This document shows, piece after piece, positions 1 through 15,403 of a stretch of 64,000 nt of DNA; positions within the stretch are counted from its first letter, which is position 1; each line of letters begins with the position of its first letter. The DNA is from the human T2T-CHM13v2.0 reference genome, Homo sapiens. Location: NCBI RefSeq assembly GCF_009914755.1, contig NC_060930.1, one strand, 5' to 3'. The position numbers and the translations under genes were made by a program. Below the pieces are notes generated by a model that was given only the letters and a program-made list of their open reading frames with translations, was not told the origin of the DNA and ran no database searches.

Positions 1-641
1 AATCTTCCCATTTTAACCCATTTGGTGTAATTGACCAAGTAATCAAACCCTAATTTCAAGTTTCCTGACCCCTTCTTGATCAGTTTCTGTTTATCGAAAC
101 GGCTATTTTCTTGTTATGCCATAGGGTCCAGAAAGAAATATTTTTGGCATCTTCTATGGCAGGGTTGCCCAGCAGCGATGCAGCTATATATACTCACATT
201 CTCATTTGCTTACTATATATATATATGTAGCTTAATTTAAGCAAAGCCCTTTCCGTATAGATAGAGCATCTCAAGTAGGAATATGTGATGGTGAATTATG
301 TAATGCTCTTTTCATGAATATTACTCACTGAGCTTTAAATGCTATTTAGAGGTTATTTCTGAATATGCAAGTCCTTGATGAGGTCCATGTGTGTGCCCAC
401 CCTACTCTAGCCTAGAGAAAAGGAAAGAGAAGAGAAATGTATTAAGAACTTGTGGCAGGAAACTGGATGATGCTGGAGGTGGAAGCCAGGAAGTTTAGGA
501 GAATTTAGGGACTCAAGAACCTGATTATATTTTAGTATTATTGTTACTGTTGTTTAAAATTTCAAATCTTTGGCAGGTATGTGCTGAATAAAAGCCCAAA
601 TCTAGAAGATAGAGTGGTGGAAACATATATATATATCTTTT

Positions 642-644
<3 letters not shown>

Positions 645-682
<38 letters not shown>
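645..682. repeat. (TG)19 microsatellite
   Basis: Uninterrupted TG run read directly. Confidence 0.97.
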
Positions 683-684
<2 letters not shown>

Positions 685-3600
685 AGAGAGAGAAGCCATT
701 CCATTGTGTGTGCGTGTGCATGTACATACCTAAGTATTCTGCAGACACAGCTTCATATAAAAGAATCAGGGCCTGACATACAGAAACAAGTAATTACTGT
801 TATGCAATTATGAGCTTAAATTGTAAATCCACTCTCCTGTAAACTTCATACACAGCAAAATTATGCAGAGGCAATTTCACTTGGTGGATTAAAGCCATTT
901 ATCACAGAGTAAATCTTTGCCAGATCCTTGTGAAAGGAATAGAGCACTAGGGGCTGCCATCTACCTAAAGAATCAAAGCCTAGTACACATCGCTAATACC
1001 TCTCTCATTTGCATGCATAATGACCAACTCTGAGCGTAAACAGCGACATGCTCAAACCAGGTGCTTTTGTAAGCTGCCTGCCCTGTATTTGAGGGCATGC
1101 ATTCAAGCTGCCCGATAGTCACCTGAAAAAGGCATCCAGGTACTGTTTTGGAATGTGATCCCAAAACTCTAAAAACATACACAAAGCTTAAATGGACAAT
1201 TTCTGAAATACTAGAGTGCAAACTGACCTCACTCATGCTTCATCTTTGTCAGCCCCTCTGTGCTAGATGGCTTTGGAGGACAGATGAAGTGGGGGAAGGA
1301 ATGGGGAGAGACATATTAGTGCTTCCTCCTCAGCTCTCCTTTCCTCTCTCTTTCCCCTTCAGCTACCAGAAGAGGCTGCTGAAGGACCTTTTGCACAATT
1401 TGGCAGTCATACTATTCTCAGGCAAATTACTAGTAGTCATTTTTGAAAAACTGAAATTCTTCTCAACTCAGGATGCAGAGCCTGCCCATTCCCTGTCACT
1501 CCCCACTCTGGTCCTATGGAACATGAAGAATGAAAAATCAATAAATTCTTTAAGTGGTTTTGAGTCCCCACTGTGTTCTGTGCACAGACCTAGAGGCATC
1601 CCCTGCTGAGCTTCTCCTTTTGCCCACATGCTGGATCTGGGATGATTCTGGCTTCACTGTGAGTCCCCTGTTCTGTGATAACTTTACAGTACAGAATCCA
1701 GACAACTTGTGCACCTGCTGTCAGTGATAAGGTCTGTGATTGCTCCTTCACTACTAAATACTCGTTCCACCCAGGACGTGAATCTCTAGCACTGGAGCCA
1801 TTTTCAAATCAGTGCCTGTGGTCATAAGGAAGTGTTTGCTGCCCTCAAATGCTTGCAAACTATTTTCCAAATGGGCCTACACGGGCTCTAGGATTTTCCA
1901 CTTTGAAAGAATATTTTCATTAAGCATGTCCACTGTTAGATAGGCTTTCCACTGGAAAGGAACAGAGGCTCAATGTTGTCATCCTAATCCACGGGGGCTT
2001 AATGAAAAGCCTAGCCACAGGGAGGGAGATGCCACATGGCAGAGATCAGCCACTGTCTACACACCTTTAACATCGGCTCCAGGACCCATCACGTCACCAT
2101 GTTAGAGGCAAGAGTGTTCCCGAATCTTTCCTTTGGTGTTCTGCTTCTGATTGTCTTGACCTCCTCCTGGAGGGAGGGAGGGTGGTAAATGTGTACTCTT
2201 CTCTCACTACCAACCGACTGCTTATTTTAAAATTTTCCTTTCAAAATCCCAAGTGAAAGAATGCATTTAGCCACACCATGACACAGTGATGGAGAAGAAG
2301 CTGGGAACGTGATGTGACAAGGATCTCTGTCACTCAAACGATGGCCTATCTGGCCAAGTCACCCATCTGACACTCATTCCCGAATGCCCATGGCAGTGGA
2401 ATTGTGCTGTCTCCTGCCTGGGCTCTGGCCTCTGCTCTGTGCTCCCTCTTGCTCTGTCTGCCATGTTTCTGAGGGGCCTAGAAGCTTCTTGGTCTGGCTC
2501 AATGTTTTCAACAAAGAACATTTCCCAGTCCATCAGGGATAAGCTTTAAAAAAATTGAGGCTGAGCTTTTGTATCAAGGCATCTCATAGGTTTCTGGTCA
2601 ACCCAAGGGTTGGCAGTCAGGTGCCGCTTCTTGATCAAATTCATTAGATCTGAGGGTTTAAAACATGACACGGAACATGACGCCTTACATAGCATACTAG
2701 TTCTGGCTACTCTCTTCAGCAGGACAAGCAGGTTGGGCCGGTGTCTAGAAAGGACACATTCGACGTGTCAGTTACCTTAACTGACCCTTCCAGTATAATG
2801 TCAGGCCATAAGGAGGCTGTATTCACAGGGACAAGCTGTAATCAGCTTGCATTTCTCATGTTTGCATATAGATATGCAATACTGGGAATATGATTAATGT
2901 TTTCCATAGAAATATTGGCTGGAAAATGTAAATTTTCCCACCTAAGCCTTTAAATCTATTATTTTACATTTTATGAGCTTGGATTGTGGTGGCACATGGG
3001 ATAATTATAGGAAAAGAACTAATAACAACTTACAAGAAATAAAACGAGATGTGTTTAGGCTTTAGGGAATGTTAGATAGAGCTGGATAATGGCCAGCCAT
3101 AGAATTAAAAAAGAGGACTACTATTAATTATACAGGCAAAGTAACAGAGAAACAGAAAATATAGGTTCTGGATGGCACCCTGATTACGGGAAATGAGGGG
3201 CCATGTAGCTATCAAAAAGAATTATTCAAGTAGACACAGTAATTACCTTATTGCCTATCCTGTTATGAAATATATAGCCACTGGAAACTCAGTTGGGAAA
3301 TTTAGAGGGGCAAAAAAAGGATAAATATTTGTGTTCAACCTATATTATTCCTGGACTCAAACATTTACCATGTTCAGTTATGAATCTTCCTTGTGAACTA
3401 TGGCCCCGTATGTTTAGTTTAATCGTGATTTAAGCAAGACAAATGAAACACTTTCAGTTTACATGAGTTAGGAGAACGTCTGAGCTGTTGACAGAAAATG
3501 AAAGGCTGTCAACAGCCTGTTGCTTTGCTTGTATATGACTTGCTTAATGTCAGAACCCTGTTTTCAAGTCACAAGTCATCATGTTATATTGTCATCTCCC

Positions 3601-4333
3601 TGCATCCATTGCCCAGGTAGGTTGCACGAAAGGCACATACTCATTTTGTTGTGCACAGGCACATACTGTGTTTGCTGTGCATCCTAGCAGATGTATAGGA
3701 ATACACTGACCAGAATCTATATGACGGTCAAATGCCTTTCATTAAAAAAAATTGGATTAATGTTGGTTCAAAGTATAATAACAACATTTAATAACACTCA
3801 TTTATTAATTTGCTCTTTTAAAGACACATTTCTTTGCTCTTTTGTGCATAGCAATACATGGGGCTCAATGACAGCTGAGGTGCAATGTTTAGGTGACAAG
3901 GGCACAAGGAACATGAATGGGCTTCACCTATTCATGGTGGACTCCAAATTAGCAGTTTTCAGCCTCAGGGAGCTTTTGATCAAATTGTGAAGAAAGACAA
4001 TAATAAAACCACAGCAGCTTCTGTAACAGTTAACCTTTATTGCATGGTAGATATTTTACATATATTTCAAACATTATACAAAAATCTTGGAAATTATTGC
4101 CTCCTTTTCACAAAGGAAGAAATTAAAGGTTAGCAGGCTTAAGTGCAAGTAACTAGACATAGCACTCAAATTTAGGTAACTGACTTCAAATCCACATTTT
4201 TCTACTATATCATGTTAAATAAATAAAATAGTGAAATAATAAATATCAGCACTGTAGGTAATTGCTGTAGAAATTCAGAGAAAGGGAAGATCAACACAAG
4301 AGACCAATTAGTTTTATGCTTGCTTGGTAGACA

Positions 4334-5100
4334 CATGCACTCACACATATACATGATGATATATACATATACACACACATATATCTATACACATACACAC
4401 ATATACATGATGATATGTACATATGCACACACATATCTATACACATATGCACATACACATGATATATGCATGGACATACACATATATCTCTACACCTACA
4501 TACATACATGATGATATATACATATGCACATATACATATGTATCTATACACATATACTTGATGAATATACATATACCCACAGATATACATATATATCTAT
4601 ACACACATATACATGATGATATATACGTATACTCATACATATATATCTTTACACACTCACAGATACATGATACTATATACATGCACACACAGATATACAT
4701 ATATATCTATACACACATATACATGATGACATATACATATACACATACATATATATCTATACAGACTCACAGATACATGATGATATATACATATACACAC
4801 ATATCTATACACATACACATATACATATACACACATATCTATACACATATACCTATACACACATGTCTATACACATATACATATACACACATATATACAT
4901 ATGTATCTAGACACACATATACATGATATGTACATATACACACATATGTATCTATACACATATACATGATATATACATACACACTTACATGTATATCTAT
5001 ACACATATATGATGATAAACATGCATATATACATAATGATATATACATATATGTAATGATATATACATACACATCCACACGTGTATATATATGTATTTAT
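4334..5100. repeat. CA/TA-rich minisatellite, ~50-55 bp period
   Basis: CATGAT(GA) anchors at 4352, 4406, 4458, 4507, (4557), 4612, 4666, 4722, 4776 separated by CATATA/CACATA units; similar sequence resumes 5404-5510. Confidence 0.92.
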
Positions 5101-5110
5101 AAATATTTTA

Positions 5111-5403
<293 letters not shown>

Positions 5404-8213
5404 ATATTTTATATTATACATATATATTTATACATATATATCTATACACATACACACATATACATATATTATGCTTATATATTTATACACATACATACAC
5501 ACATATACTAAGCAAAAGAAAGAGAAAAGGAAGATTGAACTCCCCATAGGAGTGTATAGTCTAAGAAGAAATGTAGAACATACCTATGTGAAAAATGCAA
5601 TTCATCAGAGCTGCCATATAGACAAATACTGAACCTCACCAACAATAACTGTCATTGTAGTTTTTATTTTGTATTGTCATAGAAAAGGTGGCTGTATCCA
5701 CCACCGGTCCAATTTCCACTCCATGGCAGAGCTGTGATGGAAGATAATAAATGGAGGTACATGTATTAGGTTGACACATACGGATAGGCAGAGCTTTTTC
5801 CTGTTTTGCTCAGGAAGGAAACCTTAGACATAGTTACGTCTTATGCCTGGATGTCTTGAAGCAACATACTGAAGTAGTGCAAAGGTTGACTAATCCCCAC
5901 AAACCTGCCAGGCCAGTTGCTGAAGGGAGCAGAAAACCAGAAGGAAAATTCAGATTTCTTCTCTTGTGTTGAAGCAAAAGTAGTTTTGCAATGTGTTGGG
6001 TCAAGGCTGTCTGGCATTCCAAAACTAGTTAGAGGTTTCTTAGAAACTGGACATCGTAGAAAATAGATCCTTAAAGCAGGCCCGATCTCCCAGGTAAAAG
6101 GTGCCCTCTAACACATTTTGTTAGAACAAACTGTTTTTGCTTTGCTAATATGGCTTATTCATTTGTTTATGTTATATGTACCATATACAATATGTATTAC
6201 ATTACTCACATTATATTCATTATATTATTCATTCATCATAGCTTTACTTATTTATTTAGTGGAGTGTGTCCACTGAATGTACTCACCCTATTGCTGAGAT
6301 TTATTCTGACTTTCCTCAAGGGAATTCTTTCTTGAAAAGCCGACCTGTCAAATTTCAACGGTTATATTGTGCTAATAACATCATTCTGAGATGTTAAACC
6401 CATTAGTCAAAGGGAAAATAAAAACTTCTTCCCAATGCGTTTTCTCCCTCTGCCCTTGGATACTCAAAAATATCAACATAGTGATTAGAAAGACTGCATA
6501 TTCTTCCCCAGTGAATGGGACCTTTGTAGTAATGGCCTAGCCAGATAGCTTTTTGTGTCTTTAAACATAGTACAATGTTCAATTATAAAGGAATGTAATT
6601 GGGTTTCTCATGCTACTCATGAACTGATGGCAACCCCACACCAGGAGCTTCTCTTTTATCTCGTGTTTCTTGAACATTCATGCATGTGTGTGTATACATC
6701 CAGCATTACAAATTCATAGCTTTCTAAGATGACTCTTGAATAGGAAAATAATTCTTAATACAAATTCAGATCTTTTGTTAACAATTAATTTCAAAGCTTC
6801 AAATATGCAGATTAATACAGTCCAGAGTGGAATGTCAGCCTGAGATTCAGAAATCAGTACTCAAGTAAGAGGAAGCAGAAGGGGAAAAATTGAACTCTCT
6901 GAGTTTCTGGAAAGTGCGAATTGTTAATGGTTGTGCCTATGTGCTTCAGGTTTGCTTGTAATCAGAATTAACTGACAGGTTCTTCCCACACTCTTTGAAG
7001 AATTTAAGTATCACAGAAGCTAGAGACCTGGAAATTGTTGTTCTAAAGTTGAGTTCAAAATGACAGCTGGTTCAGGCGTACAAGAGCAAAGCTCTTCAAG
7101 GTCCATCATCATCAGCCTTGGTAAAAGCAGTCATTTTGTTTGTTTCTTCTACTTCAGAACCACGTAACTGAACCCTTGTGGCAGAACAAGGCATGCTTGA
7201 AACCATAGTCATGTATAAAAATATTCCATCTATAAAATTACATATTTCATAACTCCTGGTTAAATCACTGATAGTAGTGAATTTTGGGAAACAGAGAGCA
7301 GCAAGGACACTATGCCCTACCTTCTATTACTGAGGGAAAATTATAAGTTTTGTATAAATTCAGAGAGGCTAGGAAATACACTGTTAAAGCAGGAGCAAAA
7401 TACTGCCAAGGAAAATATTTCAATCACTGAAGCAATGGAAAGTCAGGACCATTTTCCAACTGACTGAAAAAGAGATGATTTGAATGGCAAGTTCTTATAA
7501 AATATTAGAATTGAAGGGAGTTTAGAGAGCACCCCGTCCTTAAACAGCTGGTGAAATTAGGACAATGTGTGAGGCTGGATCAGGGTTGGCTGCTAACCTT
7601 TAATGCCAGTTTTTTCCATTGAAAAGGTTGCTGTTTTAAAGTTAGAACTTCTTATTGTTATTTCAGGTTAGAGCCAAGTAGGTATGAGATTAAAAGCAAG
7701 TGTAAAGCATAGGCATTTTGAATATTTACTTCAGTGCCACACAGTTAAACCCTATCCATAGAAAAATACTCCCATAGAAAAAGACAACAATATCTTCCCA
7801 TGACTTGAGTGTGAAAGGCGTAAGTCTCTTTTGTGTGGCAAATCTTATATCTTCGAGGCCAAGATTGGAAAAGTTTTGATGTGTCCTGAGCAAATGGTTT
7901 CCCGGGATGCTGATCAAAAGAACAGTCAGAGGTAGATTCTGGGAGTTTATTCCAACTTGCCTTTTGACAAAAGTTAGGGAGACTATGGGGGAAAGCTCAG
8001 TGTGGCTCTGATTTGCAGTTGAGCTCCTGCTCTTGGAGGGATTCTGGAAGGCCAAAGCTGGTGTGCTGACCCAACAGGTTCCCGGGACCTTTCTTAATTG
8101 TGCTACCTGTCCAGAGTGACCCTCCTAGATTCTGAACCAGCCTCTCAGGATGAGTACGGTGGCAAATTGTAGAGACCATGGTAGCAACTTCTGCCCCAAC
8201 CCAAGCTCTGCTA

Positions 8214-8570
<357 letters not shown>

Positions 8571-9499
8571 CACCTCAACAAAGGAAACTGAGCACCACAG
8601 ACCCACGCTTCCCTCCCCAAGTTCCCTACCTCATCAGCTGATGTAACTAGTGGTGATATTTCCAATTTCTACCACTTAGCGAGATGAGGGCTTTGCTTTG
8701 CAGAAATGAAAATCTAGAGGCCATGGTCAGGAGAGAAATATTATCTTATCAGAGTTATTTCTAAGGATTTTGAATGACTTAGTGATGATATACAAAATCA
8801 CCTATTTTTAATGAGGACCTCATAGGTGATGGAGAGGAACGAAATATAATAAATGAGAATAAATTCATCAGGACACTGAGAATATATTGGGCTGTAAAAT
8901 TTTATTTCACCTTGATTCACTGTTCTGATTTTTAGTTGGAAAAAGATTCCAACATTAATTTTGCAATAGTTGTTATTATCCTTACCTATCAAAATATTAA
9001 TAAAGTGAGAAATTAGTTAATTTATTTAAGGATATCCATAAATCTGACAGAGAAAAGTGGCCAAGGCCTTGTCTGGGTGCCCATTGTGCCCAGAATATTC
9101 TAGTGATCATTTCTAAGAACACAAAAGAAATCTAAATCATTGCCTCTGCCTTCTAGGAGCTAATAATTCTGGAGGGAGATAAGATACGTAAGAGAACACT
9201 AAAGTAACAAGAGGAGGCAGATTTGATTAAATTCTGCATTGAAGACTTGAAGGCATAGGAAATAAATGCCAATGCAAACATTGCAAGATGAGAGGAATAA
9301 TGTGAGTTAGACTTTGAAAGGAAGGTAGGAGCTGAAGTAGAGAGAGTATTTGGAGAAGAAAGGAAGAAATCATTCCAGGAGAAATGAATGTAAGGCATTT
9401 GCATCAGCTGAGGTCATTTGGATGATATAACCACCATTTCTTTGTTCTTCTTTTGTATGTCAGTTTTGCGCACAATGCCTCTGCTCTCGTTTCCTCTTG

Positions 9500-11030
9500 A
9501 ATCACCCAGGTTTAGGTGTTTGTTTTCCCACTTCCCTGACACTGATTTTGCTGAGATCACTAATGACTTACTTCCATGCTATTAAATCTAAAGTGAAATT
9601 TTCACACCTCATCTTACTTGGCTGGTCAGCAACATTTTGTACTACAGACCCTCTCTCTACCCCATTGGTAAACCTTCCTTGTGTGCCTGGTTTCCAGGAC
9701 AGCCCCCTCTGTTAGATTCTCTCAAGCCATCGATTACTTATTCCAAGTCCCCTCTCACAGTCCTCATCCTATCCCTGATTTTTTTTTAACATTGGAGTAT
9801 CTCAAGGCCAGGTCTGTGGTTCTCTCATCTCCTCCATCCATACCAACTCCCTCAATGATCTCAATTGCTATTATGATTTTTAAATACTATATATGAAGAG
9901 ACAACTCCAAAATTTATATTCTGAGCCCATAACACTCTTCCAGACTCTATACTCACACAGCTGACTCCTTTTTGACATCCTCACTCAAATGGCCAACACT
10001 CATCCTAACCTGGACTCTTCATTCCCACCATAATTTGCCCCACCCTCAGGTTTCCCATCCCAGTCGATGGCTACTCCATCTTTCTGCGTACTTGGACTAC
10101 AAACTTGGAATCTTTCCCTACTATTCTTTTTCTTTCTTTTTTTATTTTTATTTTTTATTTTTTTATTTTATTTTATTATTATTATACTTTAAGTTTTAGG
10201 GTACATGTGCACAACGTGCAGGTTAGTTACATATGTATGCATGTGCCATGCTGGTGTGCTGCACCCATCAACTCGTCATTTAGCATTAGGTATATCTCCT
10301 AATGCTATCCCTCCCCCCTCCCTCTTTTTCTTTCACTGCCTATATCTGGAAATTCTGTTGGCTATTCCTTAAGAATATTTCCAGTATCTGACCACATCTT
10401 ACGACCTCCATTGCCACTAACCTGGTTTACTCTGATAACCTCTGAATAAGTCCCTGTTTCTTTTTTCCATTCCATTTTTTTCTCAACATCTATTCTCAAA
10501 ACAGAAACCAGAACTATCCTTTTTAAATGAAAGGCAGGTCATATCATTCCTCTGTGAAAAACCCCTTGGTCAATTCCTACTTTCACTTAGAGTAAAAGCC
10601 AAAATCCTGACATGACCTCAAGGCCCTTCATAATCTAGGAGCTTATTAACCTCTCTGATGGCATTCCCTAGAATTGCCCTGCTCACTTACCCTGATGGGC
10701 CACAATGACCTGTTTCCTTTTCTCCAGCACGTCAGGGACACTGGTGCCTTAGAGGCTTTTCACTTTTGTTCCCTCTGCCTGGAATGCTCTTTTCCAGGTA
10801 TCATGTAACTCACTCCTTTTCCTCCCTCAAGTTCTTGCAGAAGTAAGGCCTCCTCTGACCACCCTATTTAAAATTGCAAACTGACCCATTCCCAGCCCTC
10901 TTGCTTTCGCATTGTTCATTGTCTATCTCCCTAATAAAATGTAAGCTCCTTTAGACCAGTGATCCTTGTCTGTTTTGTTCAGTAACCAAGATGACATAGT
11001 GAGTGCTCAGTAAATATTTGCTGGTGAATG
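9500..11030 (+). mobile_element. LINE-2 fragment (3' region), interrupted by an L1PA
   Basis: Pyrimidine-rich degenerate L2 text ending in tgtaagctcc...cttgtctgttttgttca...gtgctcagtaaatatttg; boundaries approximate. Confidence 0.75.
10137..10322 (-). mobile_element. 5'-truncated L1PA (L1PA3/4-like) 3' end
   Basis: tatactttaagttttagggtacatgtgcacaacgtgcaggttagttac...gcattaggtatatctcctaatgctatccctcccc; GAG rather than ACA at the Ta diagnostic site; 12-bp TSD tctttttctttc at 10125-10136 and 10323-10334. Confidence 0.95.
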
Positions 11031-12159
11031 GGGAGAGACTGATCATGGCCAATTTATGGAAAAGAGGATATTATTAGAAGTACATAGGATGGATCAGAGA
11101 ATCTTAAGGAAAGTGAAGAACTAGGTTTGGGAAAGGATTAGAATCCATCTCTGTAGGTCCCTTCCATCAGGCTAAATCAGGAGATTTATCCAGCTTGATG
11201 TTGAAATTCCAGGAAGAGAGCCTTGCTGGTTTAGCTTGGTCACCTGCCTGATCCTTGGCCATGTGTGGGTGGGACAACTTGGTTGACAGTTCTGTCAAGA
11301 TTGGATCAAATGGGGGAAGACTAATTTCCCCCTTTAAAATCAGTGTGCTGTTATTAAAAGAAGGCACAATGAATAATGAGAAGGCAAACACGATAGACAT
11401 CCTATTCAGTCATCATGCAACCCACATTCATTGAGCACTAATTATATGTCATGCATTGGGATACACAGGGGAGGTGGCAGGATAAGGACAGTCATGTAAG
11501 CAATTTTGTATAATAGGAAAGACAAATGTCCCAGAGATTTATACAAAATGCTATGGGAACACAGAAAAATGTGTGACTGCTTCCGTCTGCAGAAGGAGAA
11601 GGAAGCAGGTAGAAGTTTTTAGAGGACATGGACATGTTTTTTGAATGAGGATATTAACAATCTCAACCTTCAGCCTTCTCATCTATAGTTGCTAAGGAGC
11701 CCATCTGAGGTCCTTGCTCCTATTTCCTGCCCTGGGATGGAGGAATATACTGGAGGAAATAGATCAGCCCAATAGTTCAGAGATGAATAATACCCCAGGA
11801 ACTTGTCACTGATCCCACTCCACAATGAAACGACCGGAACAAAGCCTTACGGTGAAGTATGAGCATGGTGTCCTCAGAGTGAAGAAGCCAGTCCTTCAGC
11901 AAAAGGAGATGCACACTCACTAACCCTAGCAAAGGACAGAGAAATGAGGCAGAAATGATGCATGGTGAAATGCACTGGCAGGCTGGCTTTGAAGCCTCAT
12001 GCTTGAGAGAGTTTCTTCACTGCTCTACGACTCACCTCTGAAAAGGATATAGTAATGCACCAACTTTTATTCAGAAGATTATATGAGACCATGAATGACT
12101 GTGTGTAGAATGAATAGCACAGTTCCACCACAAAATAAACAGCCGTTAAGTGTTTGTTC

Positions 12160-12440
12160 TTTCAGTGAATGCTTGCTGATCACCTCTGCATCCAGATCTT
12201 GTTCTAGGTGTAGCAATGAATAAGACAGAAAAAAATCCCCGCTTGCCTGAGGGTTGCACCATAGTGGGGAAAGCAGACGGTAAATACATAATGTGTTTCA
12301 TAATATGAGGTTGGTGTTAAGAGTCATGGAGGAAAATAAAGCAAAGCAAGAGGGATATAAAGTAATGGGTGATATCTAATAAAGGGTGTCAAGGAAGGCA
12401 GCCCCAACAATGTGACATTTGAACAGCATCCCAAAGAAGA
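12160..12440 (-). mobile_element. LINE-2 3' fragment
   Basis: tgttctagg...atgaataagacag...ggaggaaaataaagca...tgacatttgaacag resembles reverse L2a. Confidence 0.65.
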
Positions 12441-12574
12441 TGTTAGTATACATGCAGGTATATATGTATGGATATGAAAGTAGACATAAGCATATGTGTG
12501 TGTGTGTTTTCATATGTATATGATTATATATCAATGCAATTGCACCATAGTTTGTGGTTAGAACTAAGAAAATG

Positions 12575-13021
<447 letters not shown>

Positions 13022-14404
13022 TCAGTGCTATTTGTGTCTTAGAAACTACTTCACTGTGATCATGATCTTCCAATTTTTGTTCAAAATCCTGAAAATTTAA
13101 CTTGGCCTAGTATGTCTTTTGGACTCTGAGGCTTTTTAGATTTCATTAAAATGGAATTCAAGATTAAGTGATATTAAATAGAGCTGTAGATTCTTCAAGC
13201 TTGATGTTTCCCACTATGTTTGTGCTTTAAAGAGAAGCTTTTTTTTTTTTTTTTTTTGGAATAATCATCAAAGGAATTCTGAAGCATTTCTGTCTTGACT
13301 ACACCTACAGGCTTTCTATTTTCAGCAAGCTCCCTCCTAGTCAGAGACATTGCTTAGATTTTACATTTTGCTTGCTCCCAGTCAAGTTCGTGAGATTTGC
13401 CATTTTAATTTTATCTTCAAAGCTACATTTTCCCCCTAAAGACATGATCAACCCTCACCACCTGTTAGAATTAAATAAAAGGACAATTATTAGTAGCGTT
13501 CACATTAATGTTTTTATTCTTTGCTGTGGTATTTCTCAAGTGCTCTGAATGGGAAGTTATTAGGTCAGTATTTTATGAGTGTTTCAGAATTAAAGTTGAG
13601 CAAATGTCGAGTGTTTCCCTTATGCGAGAGTTGGCAACCCCTCCCGCTAGTAGCGATTCTTGAGTTTTATTGGGTTATAAAATCTTGTAAATGCAAAGCT
13701 TTGCATATTTTTTCTTTATTCAGATTTGTTATTTTTTTCCCAATTGGCATTTTTTGAAGAATGCTATTTGGCAAGGAACAAGTCTTAACTGAATGGGATA
13801 TTGCAAGATTTCTGTCCTAGTGCCTTTTTCTCCATCTTTTTGTATATCAAGTGAACAAAAGGAAAATTTAATAAATGATGTTGTTCTTTATGCTTCAAGA
13901 TTTGAAAGGAAATGCAAAATCACAGAGAAAATAAAATTTTTGCAAAATTCTGAATTGGAAGATACCTAGTGCTGTAAGCTCTGATTGTATTAAGAAACCA
14001 AACTCAGAAAAGAAGAATGACTTTTAAAAGTTAGTGGTAGAATTTAGTGGTGGGATGCACATCAGAATCCAGGATTTATGATTCTCAAATTAGTGGTGTT
14101 TTAACCATAACACTCTGTTTTCCAAAGGCTATAGATAAATATATGGTCTGAATCAGCCTTTTGAAATAGACTCATGTTTCTGTTTTCTTTAATGAGTCAT
14201 CAGATTTCCAATGTAATCAATATCACTTTCCAAAAGCATCCTCTCAAACTACCCAATGGCAGCTAGTAATCTGAGTGAGAGTATAGTGTGAATTCATGTG
14301 AACTAGAAAGAAATTTAATCCAAAAAGCATTTATTATGCAACAACAAAATGCCAGGCACTCCGCTAAGTCCTGGAGCTATAAAGAGAAATAAAATGCAAT
14401 GGGT

Positions 14405-14590
14405 GCAGAGTTTAAAGTCAGAGAGCTTTCAGTTGAAATCCTGGTTCAATCACTTAGCAGCTGGGTGACCTTAGAAAAATAAGTTAATCTTTCTGAGCCT
14501 CAACCCACTTGGCCTATTTATGAGAACAAAATGGAACATAATCCATTGTAAAATTGTTAGCACTTTGCACACATAGTAGGCCCTCAAATA
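14405..14590 (+). mobile_element. MIR
   Basis: ttgaaatcctggttc..cacttagcagctgggtgacctt...tctgagcctca...cacatagtagg. Confidence 0.7.
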
Positions 14591-14870
14591 TGAGACCCCT
14601 TCTTCTTCCTTTAAGTCATAGATTAATTAATCTAGTAAGAGAGATCAAACTATGAACAGGTGACTATGATACCATTTTATAAAGATACAGTGGAGTTACT
14701 GCTGAAGTGTTAAGGGTATCCTTGCTTTCTCCTGAAAGGAGGTGCCAGGGAAAGCAGAGGAAGTACTTGGATGGGGAAGAAATTTGCCAGGCAGACAGGG
14801 TAAGGAGGGTAATTCCAAACCAAGGGAACTGCCCAAACAGATCACGAGCCTGAATATGCTGGGCATAGAG

Positions 14871-15194
14871 CAGCCCTATGCAATAGAAATTCATGAAACT
14901 TTACCTTTTTGACTAGCCACATTAGAAAAAGTAAAAGAGAACAGTTGGAATTAATTTTGATACTACATTTTACTTAGCCTGATATATATCTAAAATAGTA
15001 TAATTTCAACATGTCATCGGCATAAAAACTTCAAGAAGTATTTTACATTCTTTTCCCCATACTAAGTCCTTGAAATTCGATGTGCGTCTTCCACCTCCAG
15101 CATGTCTCAATTCATGCTGGCCACCTTTCAAATGCTCAGCAGACACATGTGGTGTCTACTGTTTGTCTGGTGGCTGCCATATTGCTCAGCACAG
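14871..15194. mobile_element. MER33-like hAT-Charlie MITE
   Basis: cag...tagccacattagaaaaagtaaaagaga...catactaagtccttgaaattc...gtggctgccatattgctcagcacag; 324 bp. Confidence 0.8.
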
Positions 15195-15403
15195 GTAGAG
15201 TAAGTGGTGTGAGTGTGAGCAGCATAGGGATTAGAGAGAGTGGGGAACGTAGAGGGGAGGCAGGGGCCAGATGACAGAGGGCATTGTAGGAAGAGTTATG
15301 GATGACCAGATCTGTTTTTGACAGAGATCACTCTAGGGGGCTGTGAAGAGAGAAGGGGGCCATCACTCAGGAGGTTGTCACAAATGACCTAGACAGACTC
15401 TTG

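Noticed and set aside
1148-1609. 153-aa ORF
   Set aside because: Non-ATG start, no recognisable domain, no supporting splice structure
2330-2533. 67-aa minus-strand ORF MDWEMFFVEN...
   Set aside because: No recognisable homology; kept only as part of a possible non-coding exon
4334-5100. Regularly spaced CATGATGA motif resembling a CRISPR repeat-spacer array
   Set aside because: The spacers are homologous low-complexity units, there are no cas genes and the DNA is primate
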